From Chlorokybus atmophyticus (Eukaryota > Plantae > Mesostigma and Chlorokybus algae), in the NCBI GenBank assembly GCA_009103225.1, contig RHPI01002955.1:92486-156485 (forward strand): 64,000 nt of DNA. Reading direction: 5' to 3'. The translations under genes were made by a program, and so were the position numbers. Numbering within the stretch: the first letter of the stretch is position 1; every line of letters begins with the position of its first letter. The notes beneath the pieces were generated by a model, which was not told where the DNA came from, ran no database searches, and saw nothing but the letters and a program-made list of their open reading frames with translations. This document shows, piece after piece, positions 1 to 11,574 of this stretch.

Positions 1-686
1 GGAAGCTTGAGTTGGGCGCTCAAGCTGCTGCACTTGTTAAAATGTCGCTGAACATTGTAACACAATTGAAAATAGAAAACAAGAAGCTCACTAAGGAGTA
101 CCACCCACAGTCGTAGGTGGTGGATCGAGTAGAAGAGCCGTTCTCACATAAGAACATGGTAACTCATATAACCAACAACTTGATGTTAAAATTGACAATC
201 GTGGCTGTACCTTCCACGTACGCATCGTGTTTATGGAGCAAGTATGTTATAATGACATGGCATGCGCATTATTGCAAACCTCGTGCTTGAGATACCAATT
301 ATGGTTGCACGCACAATCAACGCCTGCAGCCAAAGTCTCATAGCAGTTGCCGTCTGGAGACACCGCAATGCGCATTGTCGAGACCCTTGGGGTAGGTTGC
401 AAGAGATGGCAATTGGTTTTTAAGTGGCATCAAAGAGCCCTTCACACCTGTAAGAGGGATCCCGCATTGCTGACTTTCAAAACGGCAAGCTGTGCGATGA
501 ATTGCTGCATCTTCATTGGCTTTACCCACATGACTGGAAGCATGCACTGCGCCTTGATGCGATGTATCTTGAGGCGCTGCCACCTTCAACATATAAGGCG
601 CTTGCAACAAGCTGACAGCACTTTTTGCGTCGTGTAACAAGAATCAATATATGTGGCTATTCACCGGATAACCACCTGCAAAACTA

Positions 687-701
687 GCTCCGATACCAAA
701 A
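687..701 (-). promoter_or_regulatory. Primer-binding site, tRNA-iMet type
   Basis: TGGTATCGGAGC next to the LTR end, one mismatch from canonical TGGTATCAGAGC. Confidence 0.8.
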
Positions 702-1354
702 TGTAACGATGCTCGTGCTGATTGAACACCTCACCAGAGCTACCAGCCTGATGAACGAGCTAGGATGCAACTGGGCACACTAATGGCGCTATCACACGTG
801 CACCTACTCGCAATCAATCAACAACAGTATTCGCACCGTGGGGTTGAACACCTTGAGGGCAATGTAGGCGCCTCAAAGCTTGTGGGGGCAGTCTGGTCCG
901 TGCAAGAGCTGTAGCAAAAGCAAACCCACGCGCACACTTGCGCCATGGATGCAAACTACACAAGCACGCACACACCGTCCACAACAAGGGCAAATAACTT
1001 AATTTCCGCTTGGTCCAACCTCCCTTACTAGCAGTATACTAGCTACTTATATACCTAAGAGGCTATGCTAACATTGTAGAAGTCAACTATGTTTACTACA
1101 CCGCCAACACATGCCTAGAACATGTGTATTAGCTGTTTAAAACTGCGTCGGCGTATAGAAACTGTCAACGGTGGTCAAATGTCAGCGCATAATGCTTACG
1201 TGACCTTTTTAACGCGCGCCCTTGATGTAGGAATAACCCGGGGACTCGGAACTTAATATAAGCATAACGCGTCAGGCCTGTTAAACAGGGCTGTTTTGGG
1301 GTAAAAGGGCTAGAATTTTAGCTTAAAAGCAAGTGTAATACCAACTTTGTTACA
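702..1354 (-). repeat. LTR of chromovirus-type Ty3/gypsy family (TGTAACA...CGTTACA)
   Basis: Reverse complement of 6880-7524. TG..CA ends. On the minus strand the PPT GTGAGCGGGGAGGAGT (1355-1370) lies directly upstream and the PBS-like TTTTGGTATCGGAGC (701-687) directly downstream. Confidence 0.9.
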
Positions 1355-1409
1355 ACTCCTCCCCGCTCACAGAAGCTTCATCCTCGAAGCTGCACCACGG
1401 CGTGCATGA

Positions 1410-1552
1410 TATCCCTCGAGGATGGCAGGAGCATTTGTTAAATGCTACGCGGGTTTCCAAGTCGACTCGTACACAGGGTAGCCAACCTACTTAACCAAAT
1501 ACTGTTGCACGCCCTTTCGCACGGCATCATCCACAATGTCCTCCACCTCGAA
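1410..1552 (-). pseudogene. Chromodomain of chromovirus integrase C-terminus
   Basis: Manual translation FEVEDIVDDAVRKGVQQYLVK*VGYPVYESTWKPA*HLTNAPAILEGY, with two in-frame stops. Confidence 0.85.
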
Positions 1553-4500
1553 CTTGATGATAAGAACCAGCCAAGTCAATCTTGTTGAAGAATGCAGATC
1601 CAGACAATTGCTCTAACGATTCATAAATACGTGGCAGAGGGAATCTGTTCTTTTTGATGATGCGGTTCAAGCCACGATAGTCAATGCACATTCGCAGCTT
1701 GCCATCTTTCTTCCTTGTAAACAGGATCGGTGCTTCGTAAGGTGACTTTGGAGGTCGTATTAAACCTCTGTGCAACAAGTCCTGCACTTGGCGTTCTGCT
1801 TCTGCCACCTCAGTAGGGGACATCTTAAAGACAGGGCGATAAGGAGGCTTATGATCACCAGGAAGCAGCTCCACACTATGATCAACATGTCTGCTTGGAG
1901 GTAAACCACTAGGTAGACCTTCAACCAGCACATCAACAAAGTCTCGCAACAGCGTCTTCAACTCCGGAGTGCGTGAAGTCTCACCACTTGTCTCCTTTGC
2001 AACACCATCATACTTGCGTTCCTTAATGACATACAGCAAGCCTTCCGTTGCATTGCTGCACACTTGCCTCATAAAGTTCGCATGGGAGAGGGCACAAAGC
2101 AACGACCCGTCATCATGATCGGGACGAGAGCGCCTAAGTCTCAAACGCTTGCCTTCAACTTTGTGAGCTCCATTGGTCAAGGATTCACAACGAGATGACA
2201 GCATGATAGTCTCTGGCCGATCCCTCTCCGGAGCATCAGCAACAGCAGAGACAACAGCAGTGGAGTCATTGACAACATGCGGTGTAGCAGACCGTACATA
2301 CCCGCACGGTAGATGCGTGCATTGCTGAACAACCGTCGAGCATGGGCATGTAACAGATAAAGCGTATCGACCAGTTGTGTCAACTCCCACAGCTGAAATG
2401 ATGGCAGATGAAGAAGGTGCCACAGGGACACACAACGTCTTCAATCTCCAGTCAACAGAAGGGTTTCGCAGCTCGAGCCAAGGCATGCCAAGAATGCCAA
2501 CATACTTGCCACGCAGCAACGTGCAAGTGAACTGCAGAAAATCACCTATAGTTGGAGTAAGCTCGACCATTACCCGGTTGCTCAACTCCGACATAGCACA
2601 ACGCCCATCAGGGAACATAATTGTGCCACCAGTAATGCCAGACAATAAGGAATGTCTCCGAGCAAACTCGATGTCGAGGAAGTTGTGCGTCGCGCACAAT
2701 CGACGAGAAAATGACCATTGTGACCTCCGACTTGGGCTTCGAGGATCATTAATCCCGCATGGGCATGCGTGTGCAACTCAACTCTATCGCAAGCAGATGC
2801 AGTATACAACTCAGCTGTCCGCACCTGAGGCTGCATCCTAGTCTCAGCAGTAGCCCCAATGTCTACTGAGACTGACCGTTTTCCTGCTGCTTGATACTGC
2901 TTGTCGCATTCAGATGCTTGGGCTTGAAGGGGAGTACTCCGTCAGGTCGACGAGACTCTTTGCAAGCAGTAAATTTGTGGAACTTGTCTCCACAATTTCA
3001 GCAAAGAAAACCACGCGAATGGGTGCCTTTAGCAGCACGCTGAAAGGTTGCAGCAAGAGAAGGAACATCGCCTTTTTCCTCTCTATCAGCGTCACTACTA
3101 GCAGCAGCAGCATACGACTTCACCTCGTAGCGTGATGGTTGACCAGGCCGCAATTGAGAAGCAGGTCGGGACTGAGAGAAAGATTGTTAAAAGAGCATCC
3201 GCACGTTCCGCTCGCTTGATAGCATCTTGCAGAGTGGCCGGATCAAACTTCTCAACTTCCAGGCGAATGTGTGGCTTTAGCCCACGAACAAACTGGTCCA
3301 AGCGCTCCTCATCAATCACACTGTGTGACACCATGTGTAACGGATTGTTCTTTTGTGTACAACATTTGCGAGATGCCGTCGTTGAAATCATAAATGGCCA
3401 CTGGGTAGAGAGCCACGTTTATCCCAGGGAGGACACTATTTGTAACGTCATGTGTTAGGTGCTGTGAATGCTTTATGACCTTACTGCACCGTGACACTGA
3501 CCAACCTGGCCGTGACAGGTAGTTGGCTTCGACCATGACGACGAGGCCGATGCGACCAAGTTCTATGAGGTGTACTGGACGCCCAAGGAGTGCCCCTTCC
3601 ACTGGAGTGTTGCCTTAAAGAAAGCTACGCAGGTCCGGTTTGTGAACGTCACCAAGATCGAGCATGTCTTTGAGAAGGAGTACAAGTGGACACTGCTTAC
3701 CAGCAACAAGTGCAAGTGAGTTGGTTCCCTCACCACCATGTCTGCTATGCAACACTGCCTTCGTACTCAGCCTCCATACACACGTACGCATCTCGCCTAT
3801 TGTAATCGATTCAATTAGGCATATCGACGCCCTAATGAACCCCGAGACCTGAAAAGCCCAGATGCGCAACGCGCTCTAAAGTAAGTCACATGCACTATTC
3901 TAGCCTATTGCAGGCTCAACTTGAACTATCTACATCGTGACTCATGCCTTGTTGGTAAAACTCTTGCAGACAAGTCATGGCGGAAATTTGAGGTGACCGA
4001 CAGTGCAGACCCGGAGCGGAGGAGATACATCCATGAATGGGGCAATCCCGTAATCTGGCGAATGATCGTGCAATGCTGGTCTTACGCCGTCACTACACCT
4101 GGTCGCCGGCAGCTGACAGTCAACCACCTCGCAACCCCTTTTGCTTACGGTGAGCACTCTAACCTCAATCGCTAACAATTCAGGAATGCTGTAGCCCCAA
4201 ACTACAGGCTTGCAGACGCGCTGCAGTCAATAGTGGCTTTCAATGCAATTAAGACATGCCTGTAAACTACGCAGGTAGAGCGCATCCTAAAGGGCAAAAA
4301 TGGAGACCCTCTTTTAGCTGCCAGCATCGACACACATGAAGAGTACCTCAGCAAAATCAACACCATGATCATGTCAATGAAGTGGGAGATGAGGCAACGG
4401 TACGCAGCCCTCCAGCCATTCACCCTTATGAAATGCCGCACTGCAATTTGTGTCGATACCTGAAAGATCCCAATCGGCGCCGGTCGCAAGAGACGGCAGC

Positions 4501-5053
4501 TCGAGACCCGCTCGCTGAGGCAGAAGCGGCATTTAACTGGCTTGCGCAACCGTTTGAGGAGGAAGAGCAAGCTCCGGCATCTCTTCCACAGGCCCCAGCG
4601 CGTGGTGCTTTGTTCCATGATGACGAGCAAAGCGATAATGGAGAGGAGCTGTAGCGCAATTGATGGTCCGTTTAGCTGGTAGTGTGCACAGCTGCAAGGC
4701 TCTTGTGACTTAGTGTTGTGCATCTTAAACCAGCTCAGTCAACCGTCATCATGCATGTTAATACTTGCATCCTTATGATATACAACAGAACTGCAGGCAT
4801 TGGAGTCACATAATGGAACTACAAGCCTTGGCAAGTGACTGAGAGACACTGTACACATTTCATGTACCTGTACATAGCACATGCACAAAACGATGCTGGC
4901 AGTCAGTGACAGTCGCGTGTAGTCATGCTATGCAAATACATATAACGACAGTTAGGCATTAGTCACCTTCAGTTGCTTAACGAATGCCTTACTTTATCGA
5001 TAATCACCTAGTTGGTGCTTGCAAATTAGGCTCAGTCGCCTGCGCTGGACTAC

Positions 5054-5212
5054 TGTGTAACCTGCAGGTGCCTGTCACATAGGCTGAGTCACCTAAGTAA
5101 GACTAATGTGTAACTTGCAAGTGCCTGCTAAATAGGTGTAGTCACCAGTTAATGCCTGATAAGTAACTAACAGGTGCATGTTAATTAGGTAAAGTCACAT
5201 GTGAAAGACTTA
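5054..5212. repeat. Degenerate 53-bp tandem repeat, about 3 units
   Basis: Units start at 5054, 5107 and 5160: TGTGTAAC..CAGGTGC..TAGG...GTCAC. Confidence 0.7.
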
Positions 5213-5379
5213 ATTGTAGCGGAAAGGGCTTGATAGTAACGGAAGTTGTACTCAGGTCCCTGTACTGAGATTACAAGTGAACTGAGTCACGACAGTCTAA
5301 ATTAGTATCTTTAGGTGCACGGCTGTTGCCAATAGTTAGTCGGCCGGCAGGAGAAACATTTTGCGACAGAGGTAATTAA

Positions 5380-7524
5380 ATGGGGTGACGGTGGTGGCGA
5401 GGAGGATGAGAACGACGAGGACCCGCCCTTCATCGCTTACAAGCGTATGGAGAGAGAGGCAAGCCCGCTCTCCAACGCTTCCACCCCATCCATGACACCA
5501 CGGAGGCCATGGCGCGGAAGATAGAGGAGTTGAAAGCGAAGAACATGCGCATCACGCGTTGTGAAAGCTCTCGCCATCCCTCATGAGCCCGTCACCACCA
5601 AGCCCACCCACCCGCTACTTGTGAGCATCCTTCGCCGCGAGACCGACTCCAACACCCCTAATGCTCGGGTGGAGGTAATGTGCAATCGCTTTAGCGAGCC
5701 CGCGATCCCTTGAAAGGAGAATACGAAGAAGCGGGCTCGGCAACATGTGGATGTGGCGGCTTACCTTGGCGCGGCGGCGAGCTCCTTCGCCCGTTTGCCC
5801 GCTCATTTTGGCAACGATCCCAAATTCGCCATTGGCCGCAAGGAGAACATGCGAGTTGGGCTCATTGTTTGTAGAGTCATATGCACAAGCATCATTGGAA
5901 CACCATCATGTGGGTTCGGACTTGGTCCATGCCCAGTTGCACATGCGTGCGTTGTGGGCCTCATGAAAGCGCTACCCCGTTGTCTACATAGATGCATCAG
6001 ATGCATTTATTCTGCATCCCTCCTCCCCCCGTATCCGGTGGGGGGGAAGGGCCAACACCCTTGCATGCTTACCCCTGTATTTACAATATGGCTACTTCAC
6101 ATCAAGGCAACAAGCACAACAAGGCACACGTAGTTGCATTTACATCGTCATGTGCATGTGGTGGGTAAGGTTGAGAGTGGAAGGTGGGGCGCTTGGCGCT
6201 AGACCCTATGGCTTTGAGCCCGTGTACCTATGCAACCAGTGTTGCTTACATGTGCTTGTGCACAGCGATGGAAGAGGTGTTAAAGCAGTTCCACTACTTG
6301 AAAGTAGCCAACAAGCACAGTTAGAAGGTGGTGGAGGAGCTTGAGGGACACCCACTAACCGCGGATGATGCCGGGGCAAAGCGCCTTACAAAAGGCAGTC
6401 AAGGAGGCGGCTGCAGCGCAGCGCAACCCAAAGGCAAAGCCTGCCTGCACTAGTAACAAGGGGCGGGGTAAGCCCCCNNNNNNNNNNCCCCCCCCCCCCC
6501 CCCCCCCCCCCCCCGCTACTCCGGGTCCTACGCATCTGGTGCGGGGCGCATCAGCTACAGGACCGCTCCCATGTAATCCCTGGCAGCTTCGACTGGAGGC
6601 CAGCGTGACGCCTGCTCCTATTTAAAATGTGGGGAGCCCGAGCACTTGCGTGCCTGTTGTTCTAAGCCCTCCACTGGACGTGGGGGTCGGTAGAGCAGCG
6701 TTGTGGTTGTTGTGACAGCTTAGATGTACACTTGCACTCGTTGATGCTATAGCCCCGTGGGGCACCTTTTTATGTTTGCAACTGCTTTAGTGAAAGAAAG
6801 TAAGGGCTTTGGGCATGAAAGTGGTGGATTTTTGCGTGGTGCAGCTTCGAGGACGAAGCTTCTGTGAGCGGGGAGGAGTTGTAACAAAGTTGGTATTACA
6901 CTTGCTTTTCAGCTAAATTTCTAGCCCTTTTACCCCAAAACAGCCCTGCTTAACAGGCCTGACGCGTTATGCTGACTTAAAGTCCCGAGTCGCCGGGTTA
7001 TTCCTACATCGAGGGCGCGCGTTAAAAAGGTCATGTAAGCGTTATGCGCTGACATTTGACCACCGTTGACAGTTTCTATACGCCGACGCAGTTTTAAACA
7101 GCTAATACACATGTTCTAGGCATGTGTTGGCGGTGTAGTCAACATAGTTGACTTCTACAATGTTAGTATAGCCTTAGGTATATAAGTAGCTAGTATACTG
7201 CTAGTAAGGGAGGTTGGACCAAGCGAGAATTAAGTTATTTGCCCTTGTTGTGGACAGTGTGTGCGTGCTTGTGTAGTTTGCATCCACGGTGCGAGTGTGC
7301 GCGCGGGTTTGCTACAGCTCTTGCACGAACTTGACTGCCCCCACAAGCTTTGAGGCGCCTACATTGCCCTCAAGGTGTTCAACCCCACGGTGCGAATACT
7401 GTTGTTGATTGATTGCGAGTAGGTGCACGTGTGATAGCGCCATTAGTGTGCTCAATTGCATCATAGCTCGTTCATCAGGCTGGTAGCTCTGGTGAGGTGT
7501 TCAATCAGCACGAGCATCGTTACC
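5380..7524 (+). mobile_element. Non-autonomous gag-remnant LTR element of the same LTR family
   Basis: Decayed gag-like sequence with zinc-knuckle remnant CSYLKCGEPEHLRACCSKP (about 6613-6670), then the same 45-bp pre-PPT segment, PPT (6864-6879) and LTR. The 5' boundary is approximate. Confidence 0.6.
6880..7524 (+). repeat. LTR, inverted copy of 702-1354
   Basis: Starts TGTAACAAAG after the PPT. Ends CGTTAC(C), followed by the degenerate PBS TTTGCGTATCGGAGT. Confidence 0.88.
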
Positions 7525-7609
7525 TTTGCGTATCGGAGTTTTTGATTAGAAACTTGTAAAATCGCTAATTTGCTTATAACTTATGTTTGGGGTCTCAGAA
7601 AACCCCCAA

Positions 7610-8666
7610 ATGGAAGGCGGTCGTGAGCCTGTTCTGTAACTTGACATAGGCGTTCCGTCATGCCTCCTTCCACTTCCATGCTATCTCTTTTTTGAGCAAC
7701 TTGTTGAGCGGACGTTGGCGACATTAGCAAAGTCTTTGACGAAGCGTTGATAATAATTAGCGAGGCCGAGGAAAGCTCGCAACCGTATGAGACCGGTGGG
7801 AGCTGGAATGGACTCAAGAGCCTCCACCTTGGCCTGCTATGTGTACACACCGTTGGGGACGCTCACATGCCCAAGGTGGGTACCTTGCGAGTGAAATAGG
7901 TGCACTTGTTGGGGTGAACTATCATGCCGACAGCCTGCACTCACCTCGACACCTCTTTGATGTGAAACAGGTGATCCTATGCGGTCTCACCGAAGATGTC
8001 ATCGATGTAGCATCGCGCAAAGGCGCATCCCTTTTGTGCCGTGTTAATCATGCATTGAAACTTAGCCGGAGCGTTCCTCAGCCCAAAAGGCATGATCTTT
8101 TAGTGGTATAGTTGTTAGTTGCGCCAAAAGGCAGTCTTGTGCTTGTCTTCCTTAATGAGGATCCGGTTGTAGCCTTGCCGCATGTCGAGGATGCAGAATA
8201 TTGCGCATGACTTGACATCGTCGAAGAGATCCCCACGGCAGTGGGCATGGGATACCTGTCATGCTTAATCTTGATGTTGAGTGACCTGCAGTTGCCACAC
8301 ATGCGCCATTTTGTCCAACTACCGATGGGGTCCTTCTTCAAAGGCATGACAGTGGCAGCAGCGAGTTGAAATGCTAACTGCTCGATGATGCATGTACAAG
8401 TGCTTGGCAACGCTGGTCCACCTAGGCTTCGTTCAGCTTGGAGAGCTTGTACTGGCGCTGGAACACGGGCTCGTCGTCCACTAGCTAAATGTCCATTTCA
8501 TACATTCAACACTTGCCCAGTTTGTTGACGTTAAAAACGAAATGTTGTCTCCACTTACTTTGCACAGACTCCAGCTTCTCCTTGATGTCTCTTGTAGCCA
8601 GCGATTCCATTCTGTGGTGTCATGAAGTTGCCAAAGCTATGACAGGAATGTCTTCCACCGTGAAAT
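7610..8666 (-). pseudogene. Decayed RT fragment of the DNMT/PHD Ty3-like group
   Basis: AAATVMPLKKD..W..RMCG..DRYPMPTA and QAKVEAL..LRAFLGLANYY are collinear with 27160-28260. Multiple stops and frameshifts. Confidence 0.85.
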
Positions 8667-8721
8667 TGCAGAGAACCAGTGATGCGCCTAGTGTGTGTGC
8701 CTCTTACATACAAGTGTGCAC

Positions 8722-10783
8722 TGTTAAGAACTAGTGTGCATGTATGCGCCCTACCTCATACATGCGCTCACACTAGGGGAACAACAAATGCCTTAGCATG
8801 TCAACAACAAAGAGAAGTATGTTCCTAATGCAATTCCACCTGTATACGCCACATACAGTGACTTATATACCAAGCTAGTCAACACTAGTCAAAGTCAACT
8901 CTGGTCAACACTAGTCAATGATCAAAGTCAACCCTAGTCGATGATCAAAGTCAAAGTTGACCGTAACTCTCGTAACTCCCGTAACTCCTGTTGACTGTAA
9001 CTCCCATTGCGTAACCGCACATGGTCCAAGTAACATCAACAAGCTGACTGTACTATAAGCATGCTATACTAGCAAATCCTCATCTGCTTAACCTTCAACA
9101 CTCCCACGCAGGCAGCTTGTTGTCCGCATCGACACATCAGCATGCACAAGCTCCCACGCCTTCATTGCCTTCAAGTTGACTTGAAACTTCTCGCTCCAAT
9201 ACGTGACGCTAGCACCTCGAGCTGCTCGCTCCCAATGCTTGTCACCCTGCAAACTGCTCGCTTGCATATAGGATACCTTGAGCACTATACCATGCTCGCA
9301 GAGTGTAACCTCCACGCTTCTCGCGCTCAGCTACTCCTCTCATATCCATGTTCAAGCATCACGCTCAAATACCATGCTGTTGAGTAGACAGCAACCACGC
9401 GCTCTTGGCACGCCCCGCAAGTACTTCACGCACCGCAACACTCCAAGCTGAAATACACCAGCTCCCACGTATGAAGGACGCCTCCTCCACCAAGTACTGC
9501 TCGCACTCGGCACCAAGCTAGATCCTCCCAGTTTCATTCCAAGGAGATTGCCACCATCTCCTCCTCCTTCTCCAACCTACATCATAGCCCTAGAGTGCAA
9601 TTCTCTCACCCTTCTTGCTATTGGTGCTCCCGTTGGTGGACGTCTTCATTTGGGGACATTGATACTTGAAGTGACCACGCTCGCCGCAACGCCAACACTC
9701 CTTGCCGCTACCATGAGCGCCTTTCTTTGCCATAAAAGCCGTAGCTGCATCTGGTCTTTCTCCCCAACCTTCCTGCTGCAAGCGCTGCTCTTCTTGAAGA
9801 AGCCGTGGTATTACGCCATCAAGTGTCAACTCCTCCGTTGCAGACTCCATAATGGTCACCACCACCCTGTACTCCTTTGGCAACCCTGAAAGCACAGCCC
9901 ACACAACTTCTTGCTCTTTCAGCTCGTGCCCTACACCCAGCAAGTCCTTCCACAACGCCTTTGCACGCGCCACAAACGTGGTTATCGACTCTCCACTCTC
10001 CTTCCGCAATGCGTTCAGCTCTTGCCTCAACTGCAACCTCCTCGCCATGTTGCAAGCTTTGAAGTGGCTCTCAAGCTTTGCCCAAAACTCCTTTACACCT
10101 TTGCACGCTCTCACCATCATTATGTGATGCTCAGCAACGTGCAAACCCAGCAATGCCAAAGCTTTCTTCCCTTCTTTCTCTCAGGTTGCCTCTTTTCCCG
10201 AAGGCACATCCTCCGCGGGGTCCACATACTTCCACATGTCCTTGTGTACCAGCAACAGCTCCATCTTTATGCTCCAGGTGCTGTAGTTGTCCACGTCCAG
10301 CGGCTCGATTGTGATCTTCATGTTGTCCATGCTTCCTTGGCGTTGGTTGCCCTTCTGCTACACAAAGAGCCCGCAACATACTCCCCTTAAGCAACCACAA
10401 CTTCCTACACGACCACAACACACTTACACTCTAAGCATGTGTGGGCCCATAACCTGTTAAGAACTAGTGTGCATGCATGCGCTCACACTAGGGGAACAAC
10501 AAGTGCAAGATCATGTCAACAACAAAGAGAAGTATGTTCATATTGCAGTTCCACCTGTATGCGCCACATACAGTGACTTATATACTAAGCTAGTCAACAC
10601 TAGAAAAGACTAGTCAACACTAGTCAAAGTCAACTCTAGTCAACAATAGTCAATGGTCAAAGTCAACCTTGGTCAACCCTAGTCAATGGTCAAAGTCAAA
10701 GTTGACCGTAATTCTCGTAACTCCCGTAACTCCTGTTGACTGTAACTCCCATTGCATAACCGCCGCACATGGTCCAAGTTACA
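8722..10783 (-). mobile_element. Gag-only mini Ty1/copia element X with 5-bp TSD TGCAC
   Basis: LTRs 8722-9100 and 10455-10783 (the latter about 65 bp shorter at its outer end). Copia-type PBS GGTTATGGGCCCAC (10454-10441). PPT GCGTGGGAG (9109-9101). TGCAC at 8717-8721 and 10784-10788. Confidence 0.9.
9590..10330 (-). pseudogene. gag: Copia gag with CCHC zinc knuckle; one premature TGA (10183-10181)
   Basis: LDVDNYSTWSIKM..ELNALRKESGESITTF..VLSGLPKEY..CWRCGERGHFKYQCP. Confidence 0.9.
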
Positions 10784-10954
10784 TGCACACACCAAGGACA
10801 AGTGCAGCAAGCACGCCAACCATAGAGACAACGTGCGACCCACAATATTAAACAGTATACAATGTCTTATATACTATGGTACTAAACACTAGTCAACTCT
10901 AGTCAACTCCAGTAAAAGTCAATGGTTGAAGTCATAGTTGACTATGGTTGACCA

Positions 10955-11347
10955 TGTTGAGAACTAGTGATGCGCATAGTGTGTGTGTATTTGCCTCCTA
11001 TATACAAGTGTGCACACACTAAGGACAAGTGCAGCAAGCACTCCAACTACAGAGACAATGTGCGACCCACTGTATTAAACAGTATACAGTGTCTTATATA
11101 CTATGCTACTAAGCACTAGTCAACTCTAGTCAACTTTGGTCAAAGTCAACACTAGTCCACACTAGTCAATGGTCAAAGTCAACGGTCAAAGTCAACGGTC
11201 AAAGTCAAAGTTGATCATGGTAGACCGTAACTGCCGTAACTCCTGTAACTCACGTAACTCCCGTAACTATAAAGGTTAAGCTGATCATACCAATTACATG
11301 TTGGCGCCGCCTATACATGTATTTTCAACAAGCTATAACATTTAACA
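10955..11347 (-). repeat. Copia LTR family Y (3' LTR with PPT)
   Basis: TGTTAAATG..TTCTCAACA on the minus strand, preceded by CGCGTGGGAG. Same family as 13532-13920. Confidence 0.85.
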
Positions 11348-11574
11348 CTCCCACGCGAGCAGCTTGACCTTGAACTCCAAGTTCTTCTCGCAAGCTTACC
11401 CATATTAACTTACTCCATTGAACACTCCCACGGATGTGTTGCTCCCACTGACTTGATGCTTGTCTCCATGACACCATCCTACTCCTCGTGCTGCCAGCAA
11501 GACTACAAGGTTCCAATACTCCTTGTTTCCTCCTCATAGTTGCCACATTGGGTTCCACGCCACGCCTGACCTTG

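Larger units (their letters stand above)
702..3870 (-). mobile_element. Internally deleted chromovirus (Ty3/gypsy): gag-protease-partial RT fused to chromodomain, 3' LTR
   Basis: gag-like DQFVRGLKPHIRLEV (3098-3391); protease remnant FLVD/ILGMPWL; RT start SPYEAPILF..LRMCIDYRGLN..PLPRI..IDLAGSYHQVR (ORF 1527-2699); chromodomain; PPT; LTR. No 5' LTR found. Confidence 0.88.
8667..10954 (-). repeat. Copia LTR family Y copy split by element X (pieces 8667-8721 and 10784-10954)
   Basis: The two pieces join into a sequence collinear with the intact Y LTR at 10955-11347. Confidence 0.75.

Noticed and set aside
120-400. OTU-protease-like motif RIAVSPDGNCYETLA on the minus strand
   Set aside because: One residue short of the DGNCxY/F pattern, frame breaks follow and no convincing catalytic His. 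Needs an HMM search (PF02338) before any claim.
3920-4660. Coding-looking GC-rich stretch with acidic C-terminus
   Set aside because: No recognisable motif and broken frames; cannot be assigned.
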